Below, in pieces: positions 51,749 to 64,000 of a stretch of 64,000 nucleotides of DNA. This stretch comes from Pelomyxa schiedti. Its lineage: Eukaryota; Protista; Evosea. The notes under the pieces are model-generated. The model saw nothing but the letters and a program-made list of their open reading frames with translations. It made no database searches and was not told the origin of the DNA. Every line of letters begins with the position of its first letter. Within the stretch, counting starts at the first letter, position 1. The stretch spans positions 1 to 64,000 of the forward strand of contig JAHLWZ010000832.1 of NCBI GenBank assembly GCA_020536535.1, written 5' to 3'. The translations under genes and the position numbers were made by a program.

Positions 51749-53837
51749 ATGAGCAGCCACCTCTCCGCCACGCACCAGTCTCCCTCATGCGAAGCCGACA
51801 TGGAGCGCGAGTTGTCGGGTCTCCCCCAAGACATACGGGCTATACTCATGGCCGCACCATACGGCCGAGACGCCTGAGGTGCTCCCCTCACCACCCAGCC
51901 AAACAGAGCCAGGAGAGGCAAGCGCGCGCACAAATCATCATCATCAGCAACCACCGCTGCAGCGACAACGACTATGATCTCCGCCTCGGGTTCGTCAGCA
52001 TCACCAAACACTCCTAACCACGCCAGTATCCTCACAATTGCTTCATCCACCAACACCCGCTCCTCTTCCTCTTCCTCTTCCTCTTCCTCTTCCTCGTCCT
52101 CGTCCTCGTCCTCGTCCTCATCCACAGTCACCTCTTCCACCCCAAGTGCAGTGACAGAGAGCCAGCGCAAGCCCACCGTGAAGCAGCCCAATCCCCCAAA
52201 ACCCAAAAGGGGGAAGGTATCTGCAGAGGTGGAGCCACGCAAACCACTCGTTGTTGTTGGTGGTCTCACTCCAACCGCTGAAGGCGGACAAGTAGCAGAA
52301 ACAGAAACAAATGTGCCGAGCATCACATCCTCTTCTTCAACACAGTCAGAGGATCCTCAATTGAAGAAAGCCTCACCAACAATGCCTCCGAAAATAAATC
52401 TGGGGTTGTGTCCGACACCACAATAGCAACCTCAGCCAATAATAACAGTGCCGAGACAAGAATGACTTCCACTTCCACAGGAGTGACGACTCTGGTGGGA
52501 CACGTAACCACCGCCACCAAGGCTCCTTCTGGAAACTTCCAAGTGACAAAGTCCGTGCAGCCGCACATTGAAGGAATTTACTTGAGAGAGCAGATGCTGA
52601 GCCTCCTCGCGGGAACTCTTCCCAGGAAGTGCATCTGCCCTGCGAGTTCTTACGCCGGCCTCCGAGAAGAGGCTGGTCATCGTGCTCCGCACCGGAACCA
52701 GGCAAGGAAGAGTAGAGGAGCGAGCCCTGAAGCTCGGACTCTGGCAGGATGCCAGGTGTCATATCCTCGGAATTGGAAGTCAAGCCTGTTTTGCATCTCA
52801 TTGAAGAGTCCTGGTTGGTAACCTGGGCAGGAGAGGATCACTATGTCGTTCACGAGAAGAAGGGTCGAGGGTTCCCTTCCATTTTCAAGCTTCGCGACGT
52901 TCAAAGCACAGGAGATTCAAGGGTCTTGCTGGAGTGCAGCAAGCCTCCCCCTCGAGTATTTCACTGCAGGACAAACAGCCACTGGCACCTTTATTACTGC
53001 GGGGGTGAACCAGAATTTTACATTGAGCCTGCCCTGCTTCCCACACCGCCACAAATCGGAAGTTCCTCCTTGTCCTCTTCCTCCTCCCTGTTGAAAGTTC
53101 AACAAGAAGACCTGGGCCTGCTGGAAGGGCACGTAATTTCTTTGGTCGCTCTGAGCAATCGGGAGCAAAACGTGGCGCTCCTCGTTTCCCGGAAGCTGAA
53201 GCCGACAATCTCACCGACAGAGCACCAAATAATATTCTGGAACGTAAAGGAGTCCACGGAGAGCAGGCGATTCCACGAGATCGAGAGGTGGCTGGTGACC
53301 GGGATAGAGGCCCTGGAAGGTGAGACCATTTTGAGGGTGTTTGTGATAAGGTCTGGCTACTATGATGACAAGCTGGACGACGACGCAGTCGTCGTTGCAC
53401 TGTCATCTACGGGCAGAGTATACGTCATCAAGAGGAAGAATCCAGCAGCACCTCACCTCGTCCAAAGTGCTGGGTGTGAAGTCAGGAACTTGTTCGCAAT
53501 TGGGAATGGAACAAAGTTCTGCATCACATATGACGGAAGATATGAAACACGAGACGTGAACACGCCAGAGGACGTGCTGATGACCGTCGACATCACGGGG
53601 TTCAAGTCGGTGGAATGGGAGACAATCACTGGCCTCATGCTGGCCATGTCAGAAAAGAAGGTGGACAACACAGAGAGTGACAACAGCAACAAGAAGTCTA
53701 CCACAATCCAATACATTGACGTGAGGAACGTGGAGGACAACAGATCGCTGTTCAGAGTTCCTTTGAGAACACATAGGGGCACAGTTACCTCCCTCGTCAA
53801 GAGTTTCTCGTTCAGTACACACCATCACGCCCCGTAA
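51749..53837 (+). pseudogene. Disrupted intronless gene: Ser-rich N-terminus, REQMLSLLAGTLPR motif, beta-propeller-like C-terminus
   Basis: ATG 51749 frame broken by TGA 51875-51877; apparent frame switches near 52403, 52660 and 52742 link ORFs 51974, 52408 and 52749. Confidence 0.6.
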
Positions 53838-53902
53838 CGTAAAATTTTTCTTCTTTGAAAAAAACCTTTACCCATAAGTGGCTGAATAAAAAACACCAGA
53901 CC

Positions 53903-54449
53903 GCCGATCCTGAGCGACGAGAACGAAAATGACAGCGTTCCGGTCTGTTGATTATTTTATTCCGCCAAGTCTTCTCGGCCGGAAATTTACCTTCTAAAAA
54001 ACAGGGGTCAAATGACTGTCAATCGGCTTCAATTTGTATAAAATTTATCAGGCAGGGGCGAAAGTTGCTCTCCTTGCACCTAACACCACCAACCAAGGGA
54101 AAGAATAACCAAAGGATACCTGTGCGATGGAATAGGCGACGGGATTCGATGCGCTCATAGCTCTGATGTTGAGCGATGCTAAGGGGGCGGAAAAGACACC
54201 AACCTGGCGGAGGTCAACATCGGCCTGAGTAACCCTTGGAGGAACCTTGTCATGATCTCCCAAAGGGGGTGAACTAAAAGAGAAATTTTTTTTATTCTTG
54301 TGGGTAACAACGAATTTAGTTCAAACTTGTAATACAAAGAATTTTGGCGTCTTGTGGAATCTGTGACACTATTCCCGTTGTGCGCAAAGGCCGATCCTGA
54401 GCGACGAGAACGGAAATGACGGCGTTCCGGTCTATTGATTATTTTATTC
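53903..54449. repeat. 60-bp imperfect direct repeat (53903-53962 and 54390-54449; 3 transitions)
   Basis: gccgatcctgagcgacgagaacgRaaatgacRgcgttccggtctRttgattattttattc at both sites. Confidence 0.92.
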
Positions 54450-57400
54450 TTTTCATTGGAAAGTTACAGGGCCACGAGGAAATGTTAGTGTGGGTTTGGG
54501 TGTATCAAGCAGCAAATCAATCAGTGAAAACAAAAAGGAGTTTTGGTTCCTTTATCTATGGAGGCCTTTCATTGCTTTCCCGAAAGAAGGAAGTAAAACG
54601 TTAGGGTTATGTGTGGTGTCTCCAACAAATACATAAGATGAATAAGAGGCAACAAAGGGCATATATGTAGCACTTGAGAAGCAAGTTCTGGTTCCACTTG
54701 AAGAGTGACACAAGCGATGGAGCAAGATACAGCACTTGTGGGTGTTTGGTCATTGCGTTGTGCACACACAACTTTGCTCCCATTTCCAGCATTGCGTGTA
54801 TTGTATCTGTGCAGTGAAGGATCAGTTGTGGACTTATCTTGATGGAACTAGAAATGTGTTACCGGTGGAATAGGCTAGGTTCAGCAACGCTCCACAGGCG
54901 TTGTACTGTACTTTCATTGCCTCGGGATTACACCGCATTGCTTGAAGAATGCACGGAATTCCACCTTCTTCTACGACCCGTTTCTTGTTTTCTTGGAGAA
55001 GGTATCAGTGTAGTAGGAGCTTAAATAGTTAGGGCACTACTTGTGTTGTCTGTGGTTATATTCCACAAGAATCCACATGCGTTTTGCTGAATCTTAGCAT
55101 GGAGAGGGGTGTTACTCATGGCCTCTAACACACAGGTTATGGCCCCCTGACTGGCCAGTGGGATTTGGAAGTCTTAATTACTTGAGAATTGATTCTGTAA
55201 AAAGTGAAAAAATAAGCACGGAAGAATACCTCGGTGTGATGCCAACTCCATAAGAACGCCACAGGAATGCTGTTGAACCAGGGGTGTGTGTGGTAAAGCT
55301 TTCATGGCCTTCAGAACGCATTCAACACCTCCCTCACGGAAAATGAAGGTCCGGTATTCTTGAAGAATTGGCAAGAAGTAAAGGGCGGGAAACCTATATT
55401 TTGGTAAAACTACCTATGTTTCGAGACAAACTATGCAGAATGGCACAACCATTTTGTTGGACAAGGGTGTTGCTATGTGCTCTGATTGCACTAACAATGG
55501 CCAACACTCCATCTTTGCCAATTTGCAGGTCGTTTCCTGAGATAGAGTGAGGAGTATGTTAAATGTACATACAGTAAGGTACCAATACTATTTGAAAAAT
55601 TTATCAATGTGGCACAGGCAGCTGCCTGTAAAATTCCAACGGAAGCGTGGTATTTCATTGTTTCTAGAATACAGCTTACTCCTCCTTCTTTGGCAAGGGA
55701 TCTTGCAATCACTTTCCGAGTGGTTCTCATTAGAGAGGTCATGGAGAGATTCTCTCTGTTGTTTTGTTTTGTTGGTACCTGGACTTAGGGCAAGGTTGTT
55801 CAAAATACCGCATGCGTTTTCTTGTAGGACAGAATTCTCAAGGTGATTTTTCATAGTTCCGATTATATGTCTGGAACCTGTTTGGGCTATTTGCACCTGG
55901 TTCTCTGTAACCGGTGATTATTGTATGTCAAGCAAAGTTCAGTTGTTCAGACCTGAATGGTTGACTGATACATTCCATAAGGCTCCACACGCTGATACCT
56001 GCACTGCAGCATTTGTAGGGTACGTTTGTAATGCTACAATAAGAGAGTTTATCCCTCCCTTGACACCAATTTTATTTTTTAAATCTGTTAGACATTTAGA
56101 CATAAAGGTTGGGATTAACGATTTCTACCCCAGTCAAACGCCAAGTTCAGGAGAAGTTCACAAGACATTCCCTGGATATTTGGATTTTGAATGTGCATTC
56201 TCATTGCCTGTAAGACTAGGCTAATTCCACTATCCAAGAATATGTCTCGACAATTATCTGTACAAATATATTAGGGAAACGGTGCTGTGATCACAGAAAA
56301 TACCAAGATTTCCATTAACCAAGCATAACAGAGTTAGAAAGGCTGATTTTACAATCGGGACATTAGTGTGGTTAAGTGTCATTGCAAGTAGAATGCATTC
56401 GATCCCACCACACAGTGCAATTTCTTGTTTATTCTCTACAAGCAATGAAAAAAAGGGTGATTTCGAAAGAGTGCCTAATTACCCGGGTTGTCAAGGGACA
56501 AGTGTGATAAAACTAAACATGCAGTTTGTTGAATAATAGAATTGCAGGAAAGTGCTTTCATTCCAGCCAATAAAGTACTAAATGAGGTTCTATCAACAGT
56601 GTGTTTAATTCCTTTTTGAAGTTCACGATGAAATTAAACAGTTCCAAAAAAATACCGGAACCCTCTGTTAAATGGAACAGTAAAGTCCAACATTGCTCCT
56701 GCAGACTTTCCACAAAGGGAAAGGAACGGACCACATAGAGTACACAAGCCATACATTGGCAAAACAATGCAGCCCTATTCTCATCTAAAGGACGTGAACT
56801 ATTTTCGACCTATGAAATGGAACCTGAATTGAGGCGTAACCCCATTCTAGCAAGTACCTGTCGTGCAGCTTTCTGTTCAATAAGTTATTTCAAAGAAGAA
56901 ACATTGCTATTAGTAATATAATTATAGTATAACTGGAGTTGTTTCTTTATGAAATATGTACCACGGCACTGCACCCTGTCAATTGGAACTCGCAATTGGT
57001 GCACACCAAAGAACTGCCCGCAGTGACAACCTGCCATCATCATTATGGGAGAGTGCCCTTCCAAGGGAAGGAGAACAGACAAAGCACGGCACTGGTGCCC
57101 CGCCCAACACAACAAAGCAAAGCTGTCGGTCGTACCGCAGATAATGGGAGCGAAGTGCCACACAAAGGGCACTCCACATGGCCCTCATCCCTCAGTTCCG
57201 TCATAGTCCCCCACCCACTGAGGCACTTTGTCGTATCCGTTTGTGCCTCTGCCCCTACAATAAAGGCGAAATGATGGGTGCAGATCTGATGTCTCAGACC
57301 GGAGTGTGACTTGGGTTTTTTCTGGAGCTCTGCCGCACCAATTGAGTAAAGATGATGCGCTCCTTTCTTAGGAGTTTGACACACCAGTCTCTCTGGAGAG

Positions 57401-57649
57401 CCTACAACATTTTCACGAAAATGATGAAATTCTAACTGAAATTGCGCTGTGAACGGGAGGGCGCCGGTCCACAACGAGGAGGAACCAAAACTCAACCCAT
57501 AATCTACATCATCATGGCCGCGTCGTGTTCATCGGCGTCACGTGACCCTGTGTTTGTCGAAGTGCATTGCACCTTCTCGAAACTGCACCACGAATACGAT
57601 ATCGGGGGTGCGTGACCCACCATTGTTCGTTTGTATTCCGTTGTCCCAT
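54048..57649 (-). CDS. Armadillo-repeat protein with N-terminal RING-like Cys cluster; start uncertain
   Basis: Repeated GGVxC+LxxM..H....+Q..ACxxLxNL; N-terminal CLSGW..VECPLCG; terminal exons splice to ..RRLFHRTGARRATFAPA*. Confidence 0.8.
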
Positions 57650-57749
57650 AATGGCGTTCGTCCGTTTGCTTTTGCGTGGTGCCGTGCAGTGCTGATTTAT
57701 ATACGCCACTGCGCTATTGTTTGTATTATTAATTAACATTGGGGTGAAA

Positions 57750-60418
57750 ATGCAAACACATAGAAGAGTGCGAGGTTACTTTCGTGCATCCAGACGGACC
57801 AGACGAACCTGCAACTCTGCAGTGTGGAAGCAATCTCTACGCGGTTTCTTGCCACTTAGCGTCTTTTCCTTTCCCTAACTTACCTTTTTCCCTTCCTTCC
57901 ACTGTATTAAGTTGAACAAGGGGACCTTTCGTATTCAAGACACAAAGCGAGGCTGCATTCTGCACGTCGACAGAAAAAAACTCGAACTTACAGAGTTTGG
58001 AAGAGATGACAAAGAATTACTGGTAGAGAACATTGACAAGTGGCTTTACGGGCATCGTGGTGGCACTGTCACTGTCATACCAAAACCAAAACCAAGAACA
58101 CACACACCCCCTACTCTATCAAATAGCCCCACGCGTTCCAACTATCCACAATCCAAAATGACAACCATCGTGAGTGTAGCAGCAAAAGATTCAACCGGCA
58201 CAAAGTGTTTTAGTCACAAAAATCCTGGTTAGTTGTACCAACAAACTTTTCCTTCATGAACAACGCAGCTCAATTCTTCTTTCTAAGGACCACAGACATC
58301 AACAAGGGAAGGTTATGGAATCCGTGCTGGTAAGCAACATAATAGACGCACCACAGTACTAGCTCCCAAGCGTAAAGGATTATTATGGTTTAAACAAAGC
58401 AACTTGTGTTGCCCTCTTACCGTTTATTCTGTGTAGTTACCCTGAATGCTTTTTTTCCAAGTCGACCAGCAAAGACCACCAAGATAGCAATTGGATTCCT
58501 GAAGGGTCTGTAACACTTTTACCTTTCTACTCAAATCCATATTGTTGACTTCGGGGCTATAGTTTTAAAAATCTTGGAAATACCTGCTACCTGAGTGCTG
58601 CACTACAGTGCTTGTCTTCTTTGCCTTGCTTCACCCATGACCTTCTTTCAGCCCATCTATTCGAGATAGTTGAAACTGCAACAGAAACTCAAATCCAACG
58701 TGAGAAAATCTATGGGTTTTATGAAGCTTTCTATGAACTTTTCCAGAAAAAGGTCTTTCCAGTTGAAGGATTTTTTCCCCTTCTCATCATTGACACATGA
58801 AGGCTCGAGAAGGACATCAAGTACTGAATCCACAACCCCTCAAAGAGTCACTTAGCAAGCACGTTCCTGAATTTTCGGGTTACAACCAACAAGTATACTT
58901 TACATGGTGATGCGCTGCCTCTTTCTCTCAGCTCCTTTGTTTCATAGGACGCCCATGAATTTCTTAGTTTCTGCTTCGATGCTCTTGAGGCGGAAATCTC
59001 TTCCTATTTACAACCAGGTATTTATTTGTGTTATTGAGTTATACTGATCTGACCCCAAATTCTAAGCCAAACGGAATAGTACCGAAAGTCTGATGTTGTG
59101 TCCCATTGAATTGAACTTCAGTTGTGAGGTAGCACCTTTTTTGAGTTCTTATTCAAAATTTAACTGCCCGTTCAACTAGTTGGAGAATTTGTTTACTTGC
59201 AGTCAGTGCCAGTACACATCATCAAAAAAAGAACTTTACAGAATCCTCTCTCTTGAAGCACCCTCTCCAATGTCACCTGAACCGGCATCACTTCAAACTC
59301 TTTTGCACAACTTTCTAAAGGTACAACTATAAAAATGCGTACTTGCTACACAACGGAACAAAAATTCAGGAAGAACATATTGAAAAAGATTGTACTGAGT
59401 GCCCCTGCCTGAGGGCCGACGTGCAGCATAAGTTTTGTGCCCTACCGGTATGACAGCCAGTATTCTTTTCATTTTAATTAAAAAAAAAACAAACAGCGGG
59501 TTCTAGTCTTGCATTTGAATAGATTCTTGCAGGGAGCCAATGGCAAAATCTCCAAGAATACTTCCCCTGTTTCTGTACCTCTTGTGATTAATATTGGTAA
59601 CCCAAGTGCCTCCCCTAACATGTAGCCATCACTAACAACAACGCAGACGAACTAGTTTCCGAGGGTGTCACTCCGCCGTTTCCGATTTCGGCCACCACTT
59701 CCACCCGTTCCCCGCCTGGGGCGCCGCCTGTCGGGCCAGCACCCAAAAGGCCTCGTGTAACTAGCACAAGTGGCCAATGCGGCAACATCACTGTAGATAG
59801 TATCCCCACATCACCCTCAACAACCACAAACGCACCCCCCCCACCAACAACCACAGCCACAGCCACAACATCAACATCAACATCAACATCAGCATCCACA
59901 GCAACAACGTCAACATCGTCAACCACCACTTCCGCTAGAACAACAACTACGGCGCACTCAGCATCATCAAACGAAACACCAACGCCGTCTCCGTCCCCTC
60001 CCTCGTCCTCCGCGTCGTCGTCGTCAACAACAGCACACGCGAGGAGCCGCCGCTACCACAACCCGCACGGCCACAGCCCGCACCCGGCCGCGCCGCCGCC
60101 TTCGTCTTCGTTGCACCGAGGGGGGGCCCTCCCCTCCCCGCACTCGTACTCGCTCGCGTCGATCATACAGCACAACGGGGCCAGCACTTCCACGGGGCAC
60201 TACATCGCCATTGTCCGCGGCCCAGTCAACACGAACAGGTGGAGTGTGCACAACGACGCACTTGGGAGAAGCATCACGGAGCAGGAGGCCTTGGGTATGT
60301 TGTGTGATAATTTTCTGGACAGTCCTAATTTACACAAATTAAAACAGATGACGAAGTGACAAGAAATGGGTACTTGTTTTTCTACCTTGCTTCATCCTTC
60401 ACCAACACTGAAGGATGA
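57750..60418 (+). CDS. Ubiquitin-specific protease (USP/C19; USP37-like layout with a long Thr/Ser insertion)
   Basis: Cys box FKNLGNTCYLSAALQCL; QQDAHEFL; LVLHLNRF; His box HNGASTSTGHYIA..WSVHND; GYLFFY. Confidence 0.9.
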
Positions 60419-60578
60419 TAAGCCAACAAGAAAATAGGGGAATAAAATTTTGTGCCACATCGTTCCAAACACTTACTGTTGTGTCTCAGTTTGGGCAAAT
60501 AACGCCAATGCACAATTTTTCTATTTGTTCTTCTGGAATTCAGTAATACCCAATTCATTTGAAGTGGGGGTTTTTTAT

Positions 60579-61923
60579 TTATCCCCACAAGGCCGGAGAG
60601 CAGGGCTGAACTAGGGTACTGCCCTCATAAACAACGCCAGGGTTGCGGTCAGTGTGGAGAAGCAATGGTCCATCAAGGTCAACAAACTCAGCATCAAAGG
60701 CAGAGGCCAACCAGGCGGCGGGAGCAATGGCGAGGGAGGTGCAGACCATGCAGCCCACCATTATCTTAAGTCCTAGACGGCGGGCTGTGGCCGCCTGCTC
60801 CAAGGCGTGGGTGAGCCCGCCTGACTTGTCCAGCTTGATATTGACGTGTGTGTAGCAGGCTGCAAGCTCCGGCATGAGCGCAATGTCACGTAGTGACTCG
60901 TCGGCACACACGGAGATGGCGTACCTGCGGCCAGTCAAAGCGGAAATATCTTGGGGAGTGCTGTAAGGAAAAAGGGTATTTTTCTCGTAATGCAATCGCG
61001 TACCTTTTGTAGCAGGGAGAGGTTGTTCCACCAGCTCCACATTCAATGCTGCAAGTTTTGGAGCAAGTCTTTCTAAGACTTCAGGAGTCCAGCCCTCGTT
61101 GGCATCTACAATAAGTCTGCTGTGTGGAGCATTTGCACGAATTGCTTCAACCTGCAACAAGCACAATCACAAGAGTTACGGAAGAGGGAAGATGCGAACC
61201 TTGTACAGGTCATCCTCAGTGGCGAGTTTGAGTTTAAGTAGTGGCCTGTGAGCATTTTTTGCTGCGGCTGCTGCCATCTTCTCTACAGTGTCCAAGCTTA
61301 GGGTGTAGGCTGTTGTGAGACTCTTTGGGGCTGGGAATTCTGGATGCAGCTCCCAAGGGCGCTTGCCTGCGAGCTTACATTCGAAGTCCCACATGGCACA
61401 ATCAACAGCATTTCCTTACAGACAGTCAGCGAGGATACTTTCAACATCAATCATAATATGGCATATGTAATACTGTTTTCTTGTTTCTGGATTGAGGTAA
61501 CATACTGGCAGCTCCATTTGGCAAAATAGAGAGTAGCTGCTGTCTAAGATGGCATAACATTAGGGGCGATAAAGTACTTCCACTAAAAGGAAACCTGAAT
61601 GACTCCACAGGTAAATTAGACAAAGCAGGCACTACGGCTTGTATGGACGCCACAGAGCCCTCGATAGTCTCGTTGTAGTGCCTGTAGGGCACGCCCTCGC
61701 CGCGTCCAACAATCGCGGTTGCGGGGTCGATTGCTTCCTGGGCAGCGTCCCTTATCTCCACCACAATGACCTCGGCAATGGTCTTTGACCCACGAGAGAT
61801 GGTGAACACTCCCTCGATTGGCCTATTGTCCACCAATTAGTTCGTTCAAGATCCACCCTCTACACGGGGACCACAACAAGGGCCTCACCACTGCTCAGTC
61901 TTTACTCGTATACTCAAGGGCAT
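60579..61923 (-). CDS. ycjG: L-Ala-D/L-Glu epimerase / DgcA-like dipeptide epimerase (enolase superfamily)
   Basis: WPIEGVFTISRGSKT; GRGEGVPY; AARNAVDCAMWD; LLKLKL; IVDANEGW; VEQP; CADES; NIKLDKSGGLT; MVGCM; DLDGPLLL. Confidence 0.9.
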
Positions 61924-62246
61924 GCCGTGCGTGCAAAGGGTTTTTTTTTCCTTTTGTGAGGCAGCAGATCTACACCGGAAACAAATGACATGCAGGGGAA
62001 CTAAGATGCCAAATGGAGGGAACACAAGGAAGAGAGCTCAAATGTGCTTCCCCGGGAGGGGTCCTGAGGATCACTTCCTCAAAGACGTCAGGAAATGGAA
62101 TTCGCGGCTGTCAATTGCAAATTAATTTGTTACGGGTCTGGAATACGCATAGATCTCGCTTCATTTTTTTTGTTTAAAATCGTTCGTTCGGTGCCGTACA
62201 CGTAACACCCTCCGCGTCGTCACTCCCTTGTTGTCGTATAAAAAAA

Positions 62247-62858
62247 ATGAGACACCTTGCCGCATACTTGCTCCTCGCACTCGGCGGAAACACAAATATC
62301 ACCTCGGCTGACATTCAGCGAGTCCTCACCGCCGCCGGCGCATCTGCCGACGAGGCTAAAATCGAACTCCTCCTTCAAGAACTCGCCGGTACACATCATT
62401 TCTTACTCTCTTAACAACGCGTTGGGTTTTTTTTTACTTGTGTGTGTTTTTTTTTCCCCCTCGCTCCCCCCTTCTACGGTGTTTGGAGCTCAAAATGACT
62501 CGCAGGAAAGGACATTAACACACTCATCACTGAGGGCAGAGCTAAGATGGGAACCATGGTTTGTGCTGCTTCATCTGCACCCGCACACATCGAGGAGGCC
62601 GCACCAGTCGAAGGTATACTTAAATATTTCTATTACAAAACTCCAAAGAATGTGTAGAACTATAAAATAATGTTCGCGTGTCATAAAATGTACAAGTTTC
62701 CGCCTATCTCACCTCTTTCTATAGCAGAGGCACCAGCCAAGGGCAAGGGTAAAGGAAAAGGAAAGGACAAGGAACCAGAGCCCGAGAAGCCAGTAGAGGA
62801 CGAAAAACCCGCCGAGGAAGAGGGAGTTGATCTTGGTGGATTTGGTCTCTTTGACTAA
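62247..62858 (+). CDS. RPLP2: 60S acidic ribosomal protein P2 (2 introns)
   Basis: MRHLAAYLLLALGGN..GKDINTLITEG..EEEGVDLGGFGLFD*. Confidence 0.95.
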
Positions 62859-63038
62859 AAAACAACCTTCTCGCGCCCCTGAATCCTTCTTCTTCTTTTT
62901 AACACGGATGTGGGCTGGATTAATAGTTCACCCACATCTCCTCGTGTTAAAAATGTGCCAACAACCACTTCATTAATTCACTGCTGGAGTCTCTATTTCT
63001 ATTTTTTTTTTCCGTTCATTTCGCTCTGTGGCCACCCA

Positions 63039-64000
63039 TTAGGGTGTTTCTTCGCTCTTTGTAGTAGTCGGAGTGCCAGGAGGAACAGTGGTGCTGTTAG
63101 AAGTTGAATGTGGTGTGGGGGTCACAGCTTCAGAGGGAAGAACATCAGTCAGGTACATGTCAACCTCGTGGTCTATTCCAACCACTGGCTTCTGGTGAAC
63201 CCTGAGAGTCAAGGGTCCTTCTTTGAGTAGAGCCTCGTCATGGCCCCAGTCAAAGAGTGCCGCACCGGTAGTGTCCCTGTACGGATTCAACTCAATCACA
63301 CAGAGTTCCGGTTCTGGTTCGAACCTTGTTGACCATGTCAGTTGAAGGAATGATTTGTTGGGTAGTAGAGAAATGCAAAAGGATATGTACGTACTTCAGG
63401 AATCCAAGGTCAACTATATAATTGGGAAGGTCCTTTGTTACAGGCTCCACTTGGGCGGTCCTTTGGATGGGTTAATTTCGTCCTAAAAGGGACGATGGGT
63501 GGGGAGGACCAATAGGCAATCAGGGCTTCGAGGATTCTGTCGTGATGCGCAACCAGGAGCGGAATGTACACGTAGTGATTGTACTGTGATATGGCGGTGA
63601 GCTTTCCGTTGTAAACAAATGCTCTAGAGAAGAAAAGGTGAATAAATTCTTCGCATGAAAGTGAAACAGGTTTGGAACCTGAACTCCATATCGGCAATTA
63701 ACTTGGGTTCCCATTTTCGGACAACTACATACTAAGGAAATAAGACCCAGTACGCACATTTTAGTTGAGGGGACAAGGTACCTGGTCCCACAATTCCTCA
63801 GTTTCTATAGCTTCCATTAAATCCATGAAAACTCGTTCACTGTTAAGAATCATTTCCATTGCTTCTTTTCCACTAGTGCAGCGCAAAGCCTTCCTAGGAA
63901 TTACTACTCCTTATTTAAGGATGTAAAGTACTTCCCAGCGTGCTTTTCCAATAGCAAGCATTTTTGCATTAGCTACAAAAAGGGGGTTGCTTCTCTGTTC
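63039..64000 (-). CDS. CDC123/D123-like ATP-grasp protein, 5' part outside window
   Basis: SERVFMDL, RAFVYNGKLTAISQY, YIVDL, VIELNPY..TGAALFDW. Confidence 0.8.

Noticed and set aside
51875-51877. In-frame TGA as selenocysteine or stop-codon reassignment
   Set aside because: TGA ends conserved genes in this window (PFK, CA, MYST, USP) and the same locus has several frameshifts
54080-54119. Intron starting GTATCCTTT (U12-type donor consensus)
   Set aside because: Only 40 nt, no TCCTTAAC-like branch point, and donors here are so variable that one match is weak evidence
54048-54280. GC-rich, hairpin-forming stretch between the 60-bp repeats as a possible ncRNA (U2, SRP, MRP or telomerase RNA)
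   Set aside because: No diagnostic motifs beyond a 10-nt U2-like match (cttctcggcc at ~53971); it reads cleanly as spliced terminal exons of the minus-strand ARM gene

Overview
Compact, intron-rich eukaryotic DNA: about 27 protein-coding loci, mostly 35-60 nt GT-AG introns with very degenerate donors, and short intergenic spacers. Gene content (PPi-dependent PFK, Dictyostelium-type STAT, CYRI/FAM49, CEP78-like LRR protein, bacterial-type enzymes) suggests a flagellated, probably anaerobic amoebozoan such as a Pelomyxa-like archamoeba; this is inference only. Most loci are ordinary housekeeping genes (RPL23, RPLP2, RPN2, MYST HAT, NFX1, USP, RasGEF, beta-CA). The standout is at 50184-51445, where a ~1.17 kb non-autonomous retroelement (tRNA-like head plus L1/Tx1-type ORF2 C-terminus with zf-RVT) is inserted inside a tRNA-Gln(TTG) gene with an exact 20-bp duplication. 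The duplication regenerates a near-complete downstream tRNA whose only obvious defect is acceptor-stem positions 1-2. Other notable items are a Crinkler-like NTPase+REase gene frameshifted in Walker A, a His-rich domain apparently fused to a degenerate cyclophilin, a triple unusual C2HC zinc finger, a WS/DGAT, a bacterial-type dipeptide epimerase, a duplicated exon start, and convergent genes sharing a TTAA stop. Exon structures were reconstructed by eye and several start codons are approximate.
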